A stretch of 64,000 nt of DNA from Candidatus Aenigmatarchaeota archaeon (GCA_026397315.1 JAPLVC010000002.1:27184-91183), one strand, 5' to 3'. Positions 9,565 to 19,681 are shown, counted from the first letter of the stretch. The notes: generated by a model not told the origin, from the sequence alone. A program made the numbers and translations.

Positions 9565-10392
9565 ATGGACCTGAAAGAGCTGCTCGAGAAGCGCCTGCCG
9601 GAAAGGGAATTGCAGTTTCTCAAAGGCGCTTTCGACGTCATAGGTGAAGTGGCGATAATCGAGATACCTGAAGAGCTGAGCCACAGGGAGCGCGATATAG
9701 TCGACGCCCTCCTCGACATGCACCCCAGACTGAAGACCATATACAGCAAGGGCAGCGAGCGCAAGGGTGTTTACCGCCTGCGCGAACTGAAGCTCATTTA
9801 CGGCGAGGAAAAAGAGACTGAACACAAGGAGCACGGATACCGCATACGCCTGGACGTCAGCAAGGTCTTCTTCTCGCCGCGCGAGGCGAACGAGCGCCAG
9901 CGCATAGCCAGGCTGGTCAGACCTAGGGAGAATGTGATGGTCATGTTCGCCGGCGCGGGGCCGTATTCCATCGCCATCGCTAAGCACCAGCCGAAAGTCG
10001 GCAAGGTTTTTTCGGTCGAGATAAACCCCGACGCCTACAAATACATGATCGAGAACGTGCGCATAAACAAGGCGGGAGACAAGGTGGTGCCGGTCCTGGG
10101 CGACGTGGATGATGTCTGCACCCCATACTTCGGCAAGTGCGATCGCGTCGTCATGCCGCTGCCGAAAGGCGCTTACGAATACATCAAGCTGGCTGCCAAA
10201 TGCCTCAAGAAAGGCGGAGGTGTTATCCATTATTATTTCCTGTCATCACCTGACGCGCTGGACGAAATAAAGGAGATAGTGAGCGTCGATATTCAATCGG
10301 TTGGCAGGAAAGTCAAGGCCGTTAAAACAGCGAAAGTCTCCGAATACGCCCCGAAGACGCTAAAGTTCTGCATGGACATAAGAGTAAAGTAG
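9565..10392 (+). CDS. Trm5/Taw2 (Met-10+ like) tRNA-37 modification SAM-dependent transferase
   Basis: FDVIGEVAII, HKEHG, FFSPR...ER.RI, MFAGAGPY, EINP, DRVVMPLP. Confidence 0.88.
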   Translation: MDLKELLEKRLPERELQFLKGAFDVIGEVAIIEIPEELSHRERDIVDALLDMHPRLKTIYSKGSERKGVYRLRELKLIYGEEKETEHKEHGYRIRLDVSKVFFSPREANERQRIARLVRPRENVMVMFAGAGPYSIAIAKHQPKVGKVFSVEINPDAYKYMIENVRINKAGDKVVPVLGDVDDVCTPYFGKCDRVVMPLPKGAYEYIKLAAKCLKKGGGVIHYYFLSSPDALDEIKEIVSVDIQSVGRKVKAVKTAKVSEYAPKTLKFCMDIRVK

Positions 10393-10449
10393 CGCGCAGG
10401 ATGGACGATTGGGTCAAAGCTGACTCTGGACGTTCGCAAATGGAAAGAA

Positions 10450-10767
10450 TCAGACGTCGTCAAGGAACCTGAGCTTGTCTCTTATCTTTTCATCGTTGGG
10501 TTTCGGGACTTCAGGCCCGGCGGCGAACTCGCTTCTCGGCATGCCTGGAGCGGGCTTCCATTCCTTGGACTTCGTCTCTCTGGCAGCGACTCTGGGCTTT
10601 GCCGCGGCTTCGACGTCGTCTATGTTCACTCGTGTGAACTTCTCGCTGCACGCCTTGCAGATGTAGGTGATTTTCATTATCACCTTTGGCGGCGACGCGT
10701 TTTCGAGGACGTTCACCACTTCCTCTTCCGACACGTAAGCTCCGCCGTCGCACTTGGGACAGTTCAT
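10450..10767 (-). CDS. Zinc-ribbon protein
   Basis: CPKC...CKAC. Confidence 0.7.
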   Translation of the reverse strand: MNCPKCDGGAYVSEEEVVNVLENASPPKVIMKITYICKACSEKFTRVNIDDVEAAAKPRVAARETKSKEWKPAPGMPRSEFAAGPEVPKPNDEKIRDKLRFLDDV

Positions 10768-10827
10768 AAGAAATAATTGGCGTGCTGTGTATAAATTTAT
10801 TCATATAGCGGCGATGGCAATGACCGT

Positions 10828-11280
10828 ATGACTTATAATGCTTTTTTTCAACCATTAAGCATGGCCATATTGCATGCGATGAAAAGAAATCGCAGCGTTG
10901 TCGGTGCTGGGGACGCTTACACCGCCGGGTCAAAAGTAAGATTCCTGGTATTTTATAACAATTCATCCGATGAAATGTCACAAATATACAGGGATGCCAG
11001 GGAAAATTTTTCGGATATGCCGGACATGCGCTTTTTGCATTCAGAATTGTCTGATGTTTTGGGTATTGACAGGGAAGAAAAATTCCAGCCTGATTATCGT
11101 TCGGCTCAGACACTTTCAGTTTTTCAGGATAAAGGCGTGCCTGTATTGGAACGTTTTATACAAAAATACAGGAGCGTTCTTATTGAAAAAGGAATCCGCC
11201 ACGACGAGATAAGATATGAGTTTACAAAAAAAACTCTCGAGGCATTTGATGCTGCAATAAACAGACAAACGAATGAATAG
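10828..11280 (+). CDS. Hypothetical protein (lower GC than neighbours)
   Basis: 150 aa ORF filling the gap; start uncertain. Confidence 0.5.
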   Translation: MTYNAFFQPLSMAILHAMKRNRSVVGAGDAYTAGSKVRFLVFYNNSSDEMSQIYRDARENFSDMPDMRFLHSELSDVLGIDREEKFQPDYRSAQTLSVFQDKGVPVLERFIQKYRSVLIEKGIRHDEIRYEFTKKTLEAFDAAINRQTNE

Positions 11281-11285
11281 AACTA

Positions 11286-13298
11286 TCACACTTTCTGCAC
11301 GTAGTTGGGGCTGGGCTCGAAAAGCAGGCCCTCGCGCTTGAGCTTGTCTATTATCTCGTCGACCTCGTCATCATTTTCGATGCCCTCGTTCCTGGCGAGC
11401 CTGTGAATCTCGGCTATGGGAACCTCTTTCGACTTCTCGGAAAGCTGCCTGATTATGTCAAGGACCGTGCGTATTCTGGAGCGGTCGCTCGACGTCGTCG
11501 AAGCGCCTTCGGCCTTGTCTATATCGATCTCGCCGGTCTTCGTGTCAAGGCCGAGCTGCTCCAGCGAGAAGCGCATCAGGCGTATCGCGCGCAACGAGTC
11601 TTCTCTGCGGACTATGTCGCTGAGCTGGACCTTGGCCGAAGCCTCGGCAATACGGATGAGCGCCTCGAACTGACGGAGCGTTATGGACACCGTCCCGCTG
11701 CCGCCACCACGTTCTTCAGCGCGCTTTCTCATACTTATGTAGAATTTCCTGAGCGTTTTCCCGGCTTCCTGCGTCAATGTCGGGCTGCAGTTCTTCTTGC
11801 AGTAAGCGACGTACTTCCTGACGAAATCCGGCGCTATGATGGGCTTCGACGCCTCGTAATCATCTTCCCTCGACCTCAGGACGTGGTCGACTATCTTTTT
11901 GTCCATCTCGTTGTCCGGGACGTCGCGCAGCGCGAACTTCAGGTCGAAACGTGTCAGCAGCGTGTCGGAAATCGTAATCTGTTTGGCTATGGGCATGTAA
12001 GGGTCGAACCTCGAGAACTTCGGATTGCCGCCTGCAAGGACAGACGTCTGCGCCGGTAGCGTGGCGACTATCGACGCCTTCGCTATCGATATCGTGCCCT
12101 GCTCGAGCGCCTCGTGCATGGCAACTTGGTCCTCCTGGGACATCTTCTCGAACTCGTCTATCGCGAGCAAGCCGCCGTTCGTCAGGACCAGCGCTCCGGC
12201 CTCGAGAACCCAGCCGCCCATGAACTGTTCGTCTTTGACGACGGTCGCCGTAAGACCTGCGCCGGTCACTCCCTTGCCCGAAACGTATTTGCCTCTCGGC
12301 ACGATTTTTGGCGCCAGCTTCAGCAGCTGTGATTTACCTGAAGACGGGTCGCCTATCAGCAGGAGGTGTATGTCTCCCCTGAAATGCATGCCGTCTTTCA
12401 TCGTGCGCGCCATGCCTCCGAACATCTGCAGAATTATCGATTCCTTTATTTCCCTGAGGCCGTAAAGCGACGGCGCCATCGAGTCGATGAGCTTTTCGTA
12501 TATGAGCGGGTCCTTTGACATTTCCTTTATTTTGTCCTCATCGGCTTTGCTTATCTCCAGGTGGCGCCAGCCCAGCTCTGTCGGCTCTATGTGGTTAGAG
12601 TCGAGATAGAAATCCAGCTTCACCGAAGACTTGCCTTTCGGCACCTCGCGAAGCACGCCTGTCATTCTAAGGCGGTTTCCGGGATCGGTTATGCGACGAC
12701 CTTCCGGCGATACTAAGTCTTCTGTCAGGAATATGTTCAGCTGCGACGGGCGCTCGCCTTCCGTAAGCTCGAACGGCTCGTCGACCGTGACCCATCGCGT
12801 GTCAATCATCTTCTTGTCGGCTTCCTGGAAGCCCTGCTTGTTCCTGCACTTGGGGCAGGTGTAAGGTTCAGAAACGAAGTTCGCTTTTCTTGGCTGGGAA
12901 ATGAGCGCGCCGCAGTCGGGGCACTTCCATATCGTTTCCGTGACTTCCGGGCGTATCTCACTGGCCCGCCTGACCAGGCCTTCTATGCATATGAACTTGC
13001 CTATGTGTCTCGAGCGCAGGTCGCGTATGTTGACGAGCTCCATGCCACGGAAGCGGATCTTGACTTTGTTGGGCAGGTCTTTCTGCTCTATCGCCTCCTG
13101 GCATATCTCCAGGAAGTCGTCCGGTTTCTTGGAAAGCATGTCAGTAAGGTCGGGACTGAACTTGTCGAGCTTCTCCATTTCCAGTACCAGCGGCAGTCCT
13201 TCATTCGCAGCCTTGGCCAGCTCTTTGCTGTATACCTTCTCCAGAAATTCGCTGAACTTCCCCACCATCTCTTCTTTAGGCATCCTTGTCTTCGTCAT
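11286..13298 (-). CDS. mcm: Replicative helicase MCM
   Basis: Zn finger CPDC/CPKC, Walker A GDPSSGKS, Walker B IDEFEKM, AMHEALEQ, LTRFD, C-terminal winged helix; no intein; start approximate. Confidence 0.97.
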   Translation of the reverse strand: MTKTRMPKEEMVGKFSEFLEKVYSKELAKAANEGLPLVLEMEKLDKFSPDLTDMLSKKPDDFLEICQEAIEQKDLPNKVKIRFRGMELVNIRDLRSRHIGKFICIEGLVRRASEIRPEVTETIWKCPDCGALISQPRKANFVSEPYTCPKCRNKQGFQEADKKMIDTRWVTVDEPFELTEGERPSQLNIFLTEDLVSPEGRRITDPGNRLRMTGVLREVPKGKSSVKLDFYLDSNHIEPTELGWRHLEISKADEDKIKEMSKDPLIYEKLIDSMAPSLYGLREIKESIILQMFGGMARTMKDGMHFRGDIHLLLIGDPSSGKSQLLKLAPKIVPRGKYVSGKGVTGAGLTATVVKDEQFMGGWVLEAGALVLTNGGLLAIDEFEKMSQEDQVAMHEALEQGTISIAKASIVATLPAQTSVLAGGNPKFSRFDPYMPIAKQITISDTLLTRFDLKFALRDVPDNEMDKKIVDHVLRSREDDYEASKPIIAPDFVRKYVAYCKKNCSPTLTQEAGKTLRKFYISMRKRAEERGGGSGTVSITLRQFEALIRIAEASAKVQLSDIVRREDSLRAIRLMRFSLEQLGLDTKTGEIDIDKAEGASTTSSDRSRIRTVLDIIRQLSEKSKEVPIAEIHRLARNEGIENDDEVDEIIDKLKREGLLFEPSPNYVQKV

Positions 13299-13381
13299 GG
13301 CATCCCCTGAACCCTGCGCGGTAAATAAAAAAATCATTTCTAGGCTTAAAAAAGGTTATTGCGCCGGGATTCTGCATGTTC

Positions 13382-14341
13382 TCAGTATTTGAGGCCGAGC
13401 CTCGCGCTCAGCTTCTCGAGCATGTCCTGGGTCATTTTCTTCAGGTCATATGTGTGTTTCCAACCCCAGTCCTTCCTGGCACGCGAGTCGTCTATCGATC
13501 TTGGCCAGGAATCCGCAATCGCCTGCCTGAAGTCGGGCTCGTAAGTGCACTCGAACGCGTGGATGTGTTTCTTTATCTCGGCCGCTACCTCTTTCGGAGA
13601 GAAGCTGACCGCGGCCAGGTTGTAGCTGGTGCGGATTTTTATCGACGCCGGATCGGATTCCATCAGGTCGACGGTCGCCTTTATCGCGTCGGACATGTAC
13701 ATCATGGGAAGAGTCGAATCGTCGCGCAGGTAGCACTTGTATTTCTGGTGCTTCAGCGCCTCGTAGAATATCTCGACCGCGTAGTCGGTCGTCCCGCCGC
13801 CCGGCAGCGCGTTGTTGCTTATGATGCCGGGATAGCGGAGGCTTCGCACGTCGACGCCGTATTTCTTGTGATAATAATTGCACATCAGCTCGCCGGCGAC
13901 TTTCGTGACGCCGTACATCGTGTTCGGCTCAAGCACGGTGTCCTGGGGCGTGTTGTCTCTGGGAGTGGTCGGGCCGAACGCCGCTATCGAGCTGGGCCAG
14001 AATATCCTTTTTATGCCGTGCTCTCTCGCCAGGTCCAGCATTATCTTCAGGCCGCCCATGTTGACGTTCCACGCGAGGTCGGGGTTCTTTTCCCCGGTCG
14101 CGGAAAGCAGAGAAACGAGATGGTAGACCGTGTCAATCCCGTATTTGTTAATTATCTCGGCCATCGCCTCTTTGTTGGTCGCGTCGGCTATCTCGAAAGG
14201 CCCGGCGTTTATGAACGCCTCGTCGGGCATCTTTCTGTGGCCGATGGCTATGACATTCGAGTTGCCGTGCTTTCTCCTCAGCTCAGGCACTAGGCTCATG
14301 CCTATTTGGCCCGTCGCCCCAGTCACAAGAATTCTGGTCAT
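13382..14341 (-). CDS. tdh: L-threonine 3-dehydrogenase (SDR/NAD-dependent epimerase family)
   Basis: GATGQIG, YGVTK, PGGGTTDYAV, RQAIADSWP; next to kbl. Confidence 0.9.
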   Translation of the reverse strand: MTRILVTGATGQIGMSLVPELRRKHGNSNVIAIGHRKMPDEAFINAGPFEIADATNKEAMAEIINKYGIDTVYHLVSLLSATGEKNPDLAWNVNMGGLKIMLDLAREHGIKRIFWPSSIAAFGPTTPRDNTPQDTVLEPNTMYGVTKVAGELMCNYYHKKYGVDVRSLRYPGIISNNALPGGGTTDYAVEIFYEALKHQKYKCYLRDDSTLPMMYMSDAIKATVDLMESDPASIKIRTSYNLAAVSFSPKEVAAEIKKHIHAFECTYEPDFRQAIADSWPRSIDDSRARKDWGWKHTYDLKKMTQDMLEKLSARLGLKY

Positions 14342-14388
14342 AGCATCCACCCCTCGAAATTTCGTTCATTGTAATGTTAAAGGTATTA

Positions 14389-14508
14389 TGGGCCGGGCAG
14401 GAATCGAACCTGCGGCCTTCGCGTTGTAAGCGCGACGTCATCTGCGGAACTTTTCCGTAAACGCTTTTGCGCGCACGCAAAAGGGTTTAACCGCTAGACT
14501 ACCGGCCC
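14389..14508 (-). tRNA. tRNA-Val(TAC) with 47-nt D-loop intron
   Basis: GGGCCGG/CCGGCCC acceptor stem, TCGCG-CTTACAA-CGCGA anticodon arm, GGTTCGATTCC T arm; CCA not encoded. Confidence 0.95.
14442..14488 (-). other. Non-canonical tRNA intron (D-loop, about 20a/21) with BHB motif
   Basis: GCGG/CCGC central helix, TTA and AGA bulges, AAC/GTT outer helix; excision restores GCGGTTATGAC. Confidence 0.88.
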
Positions 14509-14532
14509 GATAAAACCAATATTATATTCAAT

Positions 14533-15720
14533 TTATATAAGTTTCATCTCTTTGCCTACTTTTTTGTAGACGTCGAGAGCGAACTGCAGGTCCTCCGTCG
14601 TGTGTTCAGCGGTCACGATGTTCCTTATGCGCGCGGCGTCTTTAGCGACCAGCGGGAAGACTATCGGCTTGGCGAAAATGCCGTGCTCGAAAAGCGTCCT
14701 GCTCAGTTTCTGCGCGGTCGCGCTTTCGCCTACGATAACCGGTGTTATGGGAGTCTGGCTGTGGCCGATGTTGAAACCGAGATCGCGCAATCCCTCCTTG
14801 AAGAACTTCGTGTTCTCCCATAAGCGTTTGAGATGCTGCGGCTCGTCCTGCACAATCTTCAGCGCTTCCATTATCGCTCCCGTGACGCATGGCGGGTGCG
14901 CCGTGGTGAAGATGAATGAGCGCGATCTGTTAATCAGGTAGTCTCTCAGCTCTTGACGACCAGCGATATAGCCTCCTAAACAACCGAACGCCTTGGAAAG
15001 CGTGCCCATGTCGATGTCGACTCTGCCGTGAAGATTGAAGTGATCCACGATGCCGCGGCCGTCCTTGCCGAGCACACCATCGCCGTGCGCGTCGTCGACC
15101 ATGGTTATGGCGTCGTATTTCTCCGCAAGCTCGACTATCTGGTCCAGCGGAGCGATATCTCCATCCATGCTGAAGACGCCGTCAGTCACGACAAGCCGGC
15201 GTTTCGCGGACTGTGTCTCTTTCAGCGCCTTCTCAAGACCTTCCATATTCATGTGCGGGTAAATCTTCTTCTCCGACTTCGTCAGTCGCACGCCATCGAT
15301 TATGCTGCCGTGGTTCAGTTCATCGCTTATTATCGCGTCGCCCTCGCCCATGAGGACCTGTATCGTCCCGCGGTTCGCCGCGATGCCGGCGACGAAGATA
15401 AGCGACGCTTCAGTATGTTTGTATTTGGCGAGCATCTCTTCGGCCTCGTTGTGTATCTCCATGGTCCCGGCTATCTGGCGGACCGCTCCTGTTCCGAAGC
15501 CCCACTTGTCCATCGCTTTCTTCGCAGCCGCGGCGAGCCTCGGGTGGTTGGCGAAGCCGAGGTAGTTGTTCGTCGAAAGCGTAATCACTTTCTTGCCGTT
15601 GAGAGTGACGTGCGCGCCCTGCGGGCTGGTAAGCACCGGCAGCGTGGTGAAAAGATTCTCGCTTTTCAGTTTCTCCACTTCCTCCTTTAGAAAATGCAAC
15701 CTGTTCTTATGGTCTGTCAT
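14533..15720 (-). CDS. kbl: Glycine C-acetyltransferase (2-amino-3-ketobutyrate CoA ligase)
   Basis: NNYLG, SDELNHGSIIDG, TDGVFSMDGD, DDAHG, GTLSKA; GGAGGTG RBS upstream. Confidence 0.92.
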   Translation of the reverse strand: MTDHKNRLHFLKEEVEKLKSENLFTTLPVLTSPQGAHVTLNGKKVITLSTNNYLGFANHPRLAAAAKKAMDKWGFGTGAVRQIAGTMEIHNEAEEMLAKYKHTEASLIFVAGIAANRGTIQVLMGEGDAIISDELNHGSIIDGVRLTKSEKKIYPHMNMEGLEKALKETQSAKRRLVVTDGVFSMDGDIAPLDQIVELAEKYDAITMVDDAHGDGVLGKDGRGIVDHFNLHGRVDIDMGTLSKAFGCLGGYIAGRQELRDYLINRSRSFIFTTAHPPCVTGAIMEALKIVQDEPQHLKRLWENTKFFKEGLRDLGFNIGHSQTPITPVIVGESATAQKLSRTLFEHGIFAKPIVFPLVAKDAARIRNIVTAEHTTEDLQFALDVYKKVGKEMKLI

Positions 15721-15913
15721 CAAAACACCTCCGTAAACCTGAGAATAATAATTTCATTCATGGTATTAAAAAGGTGACGCTCCATTCGCTAGCGCCGCAA
15801 AAAATGTCAGCATCGATAAATTTGCATATATTTTACGGTTGTAAAACGTCTGATTATTTAAACGTGCTTCAACATAAATATAATTATAAGAAAAATTTTA
15901 AAATCGCGGTAAC

Positions 15914-17203
15914 ATGGAAAGGAAAAAATTTCTTTTTGTCTCGATAGACGCGCTCATAGGCGACATAGCTTGGCAGGTTGTCAAGGAAGGCCACGAGGCT
16001 AAATATTTCATCGAAACGCCCAGCGAAAAAGAGATTGCGGACGGCTTCGTGCCGAAATGCAACGACTGGAAAAAAGAGGTGGACTGGGCGGACGTCATAG
16101 TTTTCGACGACGTGCTCGGCCAGGGGACGCACGCCCAGAAGCTCAGGCAGGAAGGCAAGCTCGTCGTCGGAGGAACGCCTTACACAGACATGCTCGAGGA
16201 CGACCGCGGCTTCGGCCAGGAAGAACTCAAGAAGGCGGGCGTCACTACGATTCCCAGCTGGAACTTCACTTCTTTCGACGATGCCATAGCCTTCGTCCAG
16301 GAGCATCCCGGTAAATACGTCATCAAGCCGAGCGGCGAGGCGCAGAACATCAAGCAGCTGCTGTTCGTCGGCGAAGAGGACGATGGCAGGGACGTCATCC
16401 AGGTCCTTGAGCACTACAAGAAAGCGTGGTCCGACCGCATCAAGGTCTTCCAGCTCCAGCGCAAGATCTCGGGCGTCGAAGTCGCAGTAGGCGCTTTCTT
16501 CAACGGCAGGGAATTCATCTACCCGATAAACGTCAATTTCGAGCACAAGAAGCTTTTTCCGGGTAACATCGGACCGAGCACGGGCGAGATGGGCACGACC
16601 ATGTTCTGGTCCATGCCCAACAAGATTTTCAACGCCACCCTCAAGAAGATGGAGCCGAAGCTCAAGGAGGAAGGGTATGTCGGCTACATAGACATCAACT
16701 GCATAGTCAACAGCTACGGCATATATCCACTCGAGTTCACTTCGAGATTCGGCTACCCGACCATAAGCATACAACAGGAGTCGATGATAACACCCATAGG
16801 TCAGTTCCTGCACGAGATAGCCAAGGGCAACGGCACCAAGTTCAAGGTGAGGAGCGGCTTCCAGGCCGGCGTGCGCGTCGTGACCTCGCCGTTCCCGTTC
16901 ACGGACACGGAGACTTTCGAGACGAATTCCAAGGACGCGGTCGTGGTCCTGAAGAAGCCCAACATGGAAGGCATACACATCGAGGACGTCAAGCTGGTGA
17001 ACGGCGAGTGGCTAATCTCCGGACATTCCGGAGTCGTGCTGATAGTCGTGGGCATGGGCTCTACCATGAGGCAGGCCCAGAACCAGGTCTACAACAGGAT
17101 AAGCAACATACTCATACCCAACATGTATTACAGGACGGACATCGGCGACCGATGGGTCGAGGACAGCGACAAGCTGCACGCATGGAGCTACCTCAGGGAG
17201 TAA
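15914..17203 (+). CDS. PurD-like ATP-grasp ligase (divergent)
   Basis: LEDDRGF, YVIKP, FEHKKLFPGNIGPSTGEMG, LEFTSRFGYP, YYRTDIG; lacks the N-terminal GxGGREH motif. Confidence 0.75.
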   Translation: MERKKFLFVSIDALIGDIAWQVVKEGHEAKYFIETPSEKEIADGFVPKCNDWKKEVDWADVIVFDDVLGQGTHAQKLRQEGKLVVGGTPYTDMLEDDRGFGQEELKKAGVTTIPSWNFTSFDDAIAFVQEHPGKYVIKPSGEAQNIKQLLFVGEEDDGRDVIQVLEHYKKAWSDRIKVFQLQRKISGVEVAVGAFFNGREFIYPINVNFEHKKLFPGNIGPSTGEMGTTMFWSMPNKIFNATLKKMEPKLKEEGYVGYIDINCIVNSYGIYPLEFTSRFGYPTISIQQESMITPIGQFLHEIAKGNGTKFKVRSGFQAGVRVVTSPFPFTDTETFETNSKDAVVVLKKPNMEGIHIEDVKLVNGEWLISGHSGVVLIVVGMGSTMRQAQNQVYNRISNILIPNMYYRTDIGDRWVEDSDKLHAWSYLRE

Positions 17204-17229
17204 CCAGAGCAGCTTTTCGAAAAATATTT

Positions 17230-17820
17230 TTATTCTTTGTATTCCAGCCCGAACCTGAAAGCCTTTATGTCTTTTTCAGGGTCTTTGGGCACGGTTCTCT
17301 TTATGGCCTCGATTATAGATTCCTTCTTCAGCGGCAGCATGCCGCTAGCGACGGCGAGCCCGAGCATCATCGTGTTGCCGTCGAGCGGGTCGCCGAGCTT
17401 CTGGTCGCATATGTGCGACGCGTCGATGAAGACGAAGTTCTTGGCGAAAGGCGAAATCATCTGTTTTATTTTTTCGTAGGTCGGGTATTCCTTGTCGAAG
17501 AGATTCGCGTAGACGGGCTTGACCGGGTAGGTGTCGACGATGAAGTTCGTCCTGTCCTTGTGCGCGAAGTAGCAGAATCTCGCCGCCTCGAGCGGCTCCA
17601 GGGCGAATATCAGGTCGGCCTGCGCCCTCGGGATGAGCGGCGAATCGACGGCCTTGCCGAACCTCACGTGAGTCGGAATCGCTCCTCCGCGCTGCGCCAG
17701 GCCGTGCAGCTGCGTGCCACGAACATCGAAGCCCTCGAAGTTAGCGGCCCTGGCCACGATTACCGAAGTGAACAATACTCCTTCGCCTCCGACGCCTGCT
17801 ATGAGAACATTATACGTCAT
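17230..17820 (-). CDS. iorB: Indolepyruvate:ferredoxin oxidoreductase beta subunit
   Basis: AGVGGEG, HGLAQRGG, LEPLEAAR; overlaps the iorA stop. Confidence 0.9.
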   Translation of the reverse strand: MTYNVLIAGVGGEGVLFTSVIVARAANFEGFDVRGTQLHGLAQRGGAIPTHVRFGKAVDSPLIPRAQADLIFALEPLEAARFCYFAHKDRTNFIVDTYPVKPVYANLFDKEYPTYEKIKQMISPFAKNFVFIDASHICDQKLGDPLDGNTMMLGLAVASGMLPLKKESIIEAIKRTVPKDPEKDIKAFRFGLEYKE

Positions 17821-19681
17821 TCTTTTTCCTCCTGGCAGCCGGGATTATCGCCCCGACCGGACAGACCTGCGCGCAGACGCCGCAGCCCCAGCAAAGGTCC
17901 TCGCGTATGTATACTTTATCGCCCTCGTGCATGATGGCAGGGCACGCGAACTGCTTGACGCACGTCAGGCATTTCTTACACTTGCCCGGCGCGACCTGGA
18001 ACTTCGAGAACTCGCCGCCCTGCTTCCTTAACAGGCGGCGCATGTAAAGCCTGCAGAGCCCGCGGGATATTATGACGCCCAGCTTGTCGGATGCAGACAT
18101 CTCCTTTATCGCGGCCTGCAATTCCTTCTGGCTGAACGCGTTGACGATCTTGATGTTGGCGATGCCGAATGACCTGACGACGTCCTCGATTTTTATCGGC
18201 TCCTTTTTGTCGCCCATGCCGGTGAAATCGCTTCCCGGATGGGGCTGGTGGCCGGTCATCGCAGTCACGCCGTTGTCGAGGATGACTATGATGGGCTTGG
18301 TGCCGTGGGCGACCGAGTTCACTAGCGGCGGCATGCCTGCGTGGAAGAATGTCGAGTCGCCGATGAAGACGACGACTTTCTGGTCGCTCACCTTCTGGAT
18401 GCCGTGCGCCAGGCCGATGCTCGAGCCCATTGAAACTATGAAGTCCTCCATCTTGTACGGCTCCTGTATGCCTAGGACGTAACATCCGATGTCGCCAGAC
18501 CATACGGTCTGGTCACCCATCACTTTCTTTACTGCGTAGAAGGTCGACCTGTGCGGGCAGCCGGGGCAAAGCACCGCTTTCCTCGCTGGCAGGTCTATTT
18601 TCTTAAGATAAGCTTCGTGCATCGAGAAGTCGGGCTTCTTCGCCTTGAGGAACGGAGCTAGTGCCGATTGTATCGTCTCGGGATTGTATTCGCCGATGCG
18701 GGACAGAATGTCTTTGCCGTGTATCTCCGTGCGCGGGTTCACGTCCTTCGCGAGCGCGCGCACGAACTGCTCGACTACTGGTTCGAGTTCTTCGAGAACG
18801 AACACCCTATCGAGACCTTTCAGAAACTTGGTGACGAAGCTTCTGGAAATCGGGTACGTCATGACGAGCTTCGCTATCTTCACCCCTTTCAGGCCGTTGA
18901 GGTCTTTCTTTACTTCTTTCAGATACTGGTAGGAAACTCCGCTAGTTATTATGCCAATCTTCCCTTCGCCTTCAATCCTGTTGAGATAATCATAAGCCAG
19001 TTCTATCGTGTCTATCTTCTTGTTGAGGCGTTCGTGGAGTTGCTGCAGCGCCGGCGGCAAACAGTAGAAGCTTTCAGGGTCCTTGACGAAATTACCTTTG
19101 GTTTTCGGCTGCGGAATTTTGCCGAGCTTGACCGTTCCAATAGAATGCGAGACCATCGTAGTCGTCCTCAGCATGACGGGAATCCTGTGCTTCTCGGAAA
19201 TCTCGAAAGCAAGTTTCGTTAAATCCTTGCATTCCTGCGCGTTCGTTGGCTCGAGCGTCGGGATGAGGCCCATCCTTGCATAGAAGCGCGTGTCCTGCTC
19301 GGACTGCGCGGAACTGTGACCCAGCGGGTCGTCGGAGACCATTATGACCAGACCGCCTTTAACGCCCGTGTAAATAGTCGGCATCACAGAATCAATCGCG
19401 ACATTGAGACCGAAGTGCTTCATCGCCGTGAGCGCGCGCACGCCGGAAAACGCGGCTCCGGCCGCGACTTCGTAAGCGACTTTCTCGTTCGTGCTCCACT
19501 CGAAATAGAATCCTGCTTGTTTGGCAATGGCAGAAAGCGCGATGCCGACTTCGGAGCTGGGCGTTCCCGGGTAGCATGCGGACAATCCCATGCCCGCCTC
19601 TATAGCGCCACGGGCGATTGCTTCATTCCCCAGAAGAACGACCTTCTTCCCTTCCTTTTCCATCAAGTCCGGGTTCGCCAT
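17810..19681 (-). CDS. iorA: Indolepyruvate:ferredoxin oxidoreductase alpha subunit
   Basis: LGNEAIARG, YPGTPSSE, LCPGCPHR, GDIGCY, GDSTFFH, two C-terminal 4Fe-4S motifs. Confidence 0.95.
   Translation of the reverse strand: MANPDLMEKEGKKVVLLGNEAIARGAIEAGMGLSACYPGTPSSEVGIALSAIAKQAGFYFEWSTNEKVAYEVAAGAAFSGVRALTAMKHFGLNVAIDSVMPTIYTGVKGGLVIMVSDDPLGHSSAQSEQDTRFYARMGLIPTLEPTNAQECKDLTKLAFEISEKHRIPVMLRTTTMVSHSIGTVKLGKIPQPKTKGNFVKDPESFYCLPPALQQLHERLNKKIDTIELAYDYLNRIEGEGKIGIITSGVSYQYLKEVKKDLNGLKGVKIAKLVMTYPISRSFVTKFLKGLDRVFVLEELEPVVEQFVRALAKDVNPRTEIHGKDILSRIGEYNPETIQSALAPFLKAKKPDFSMHEAYLKKIDLPARKAVLCPGCPHRSTFYAVKKVMGDQTVWSGDIGCYVLGIQEPYKMEDFIVSMGSSIGLAHGIQKVSDQKVVVFIGDSTFFHAGMPPLVNSVAHGTKPIIVILDNGVTAMTGHQPHPGSDFTGMGDKKEPIKIEDVVRSFGIANIKIVNAFSQKELQAAIKEMSASDKLGVIISRGLCRLYMRRLLRKQGGEFSKFQVAPGKCKKCLTCVKQFACPAIMHEGDKVYIREDLCWGCGVCAQVCPVGAIIPAARRKKNDV

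Noticed and set aside
10393-10449. Hairpin GGGTCA-AAGC-TGACTC flanked by TGGACG direct repeats as a C/D sRNA or mini-element
   Set aside because: No proper C box, and it is too short; more simply a terminator-like structure between convergent genes.
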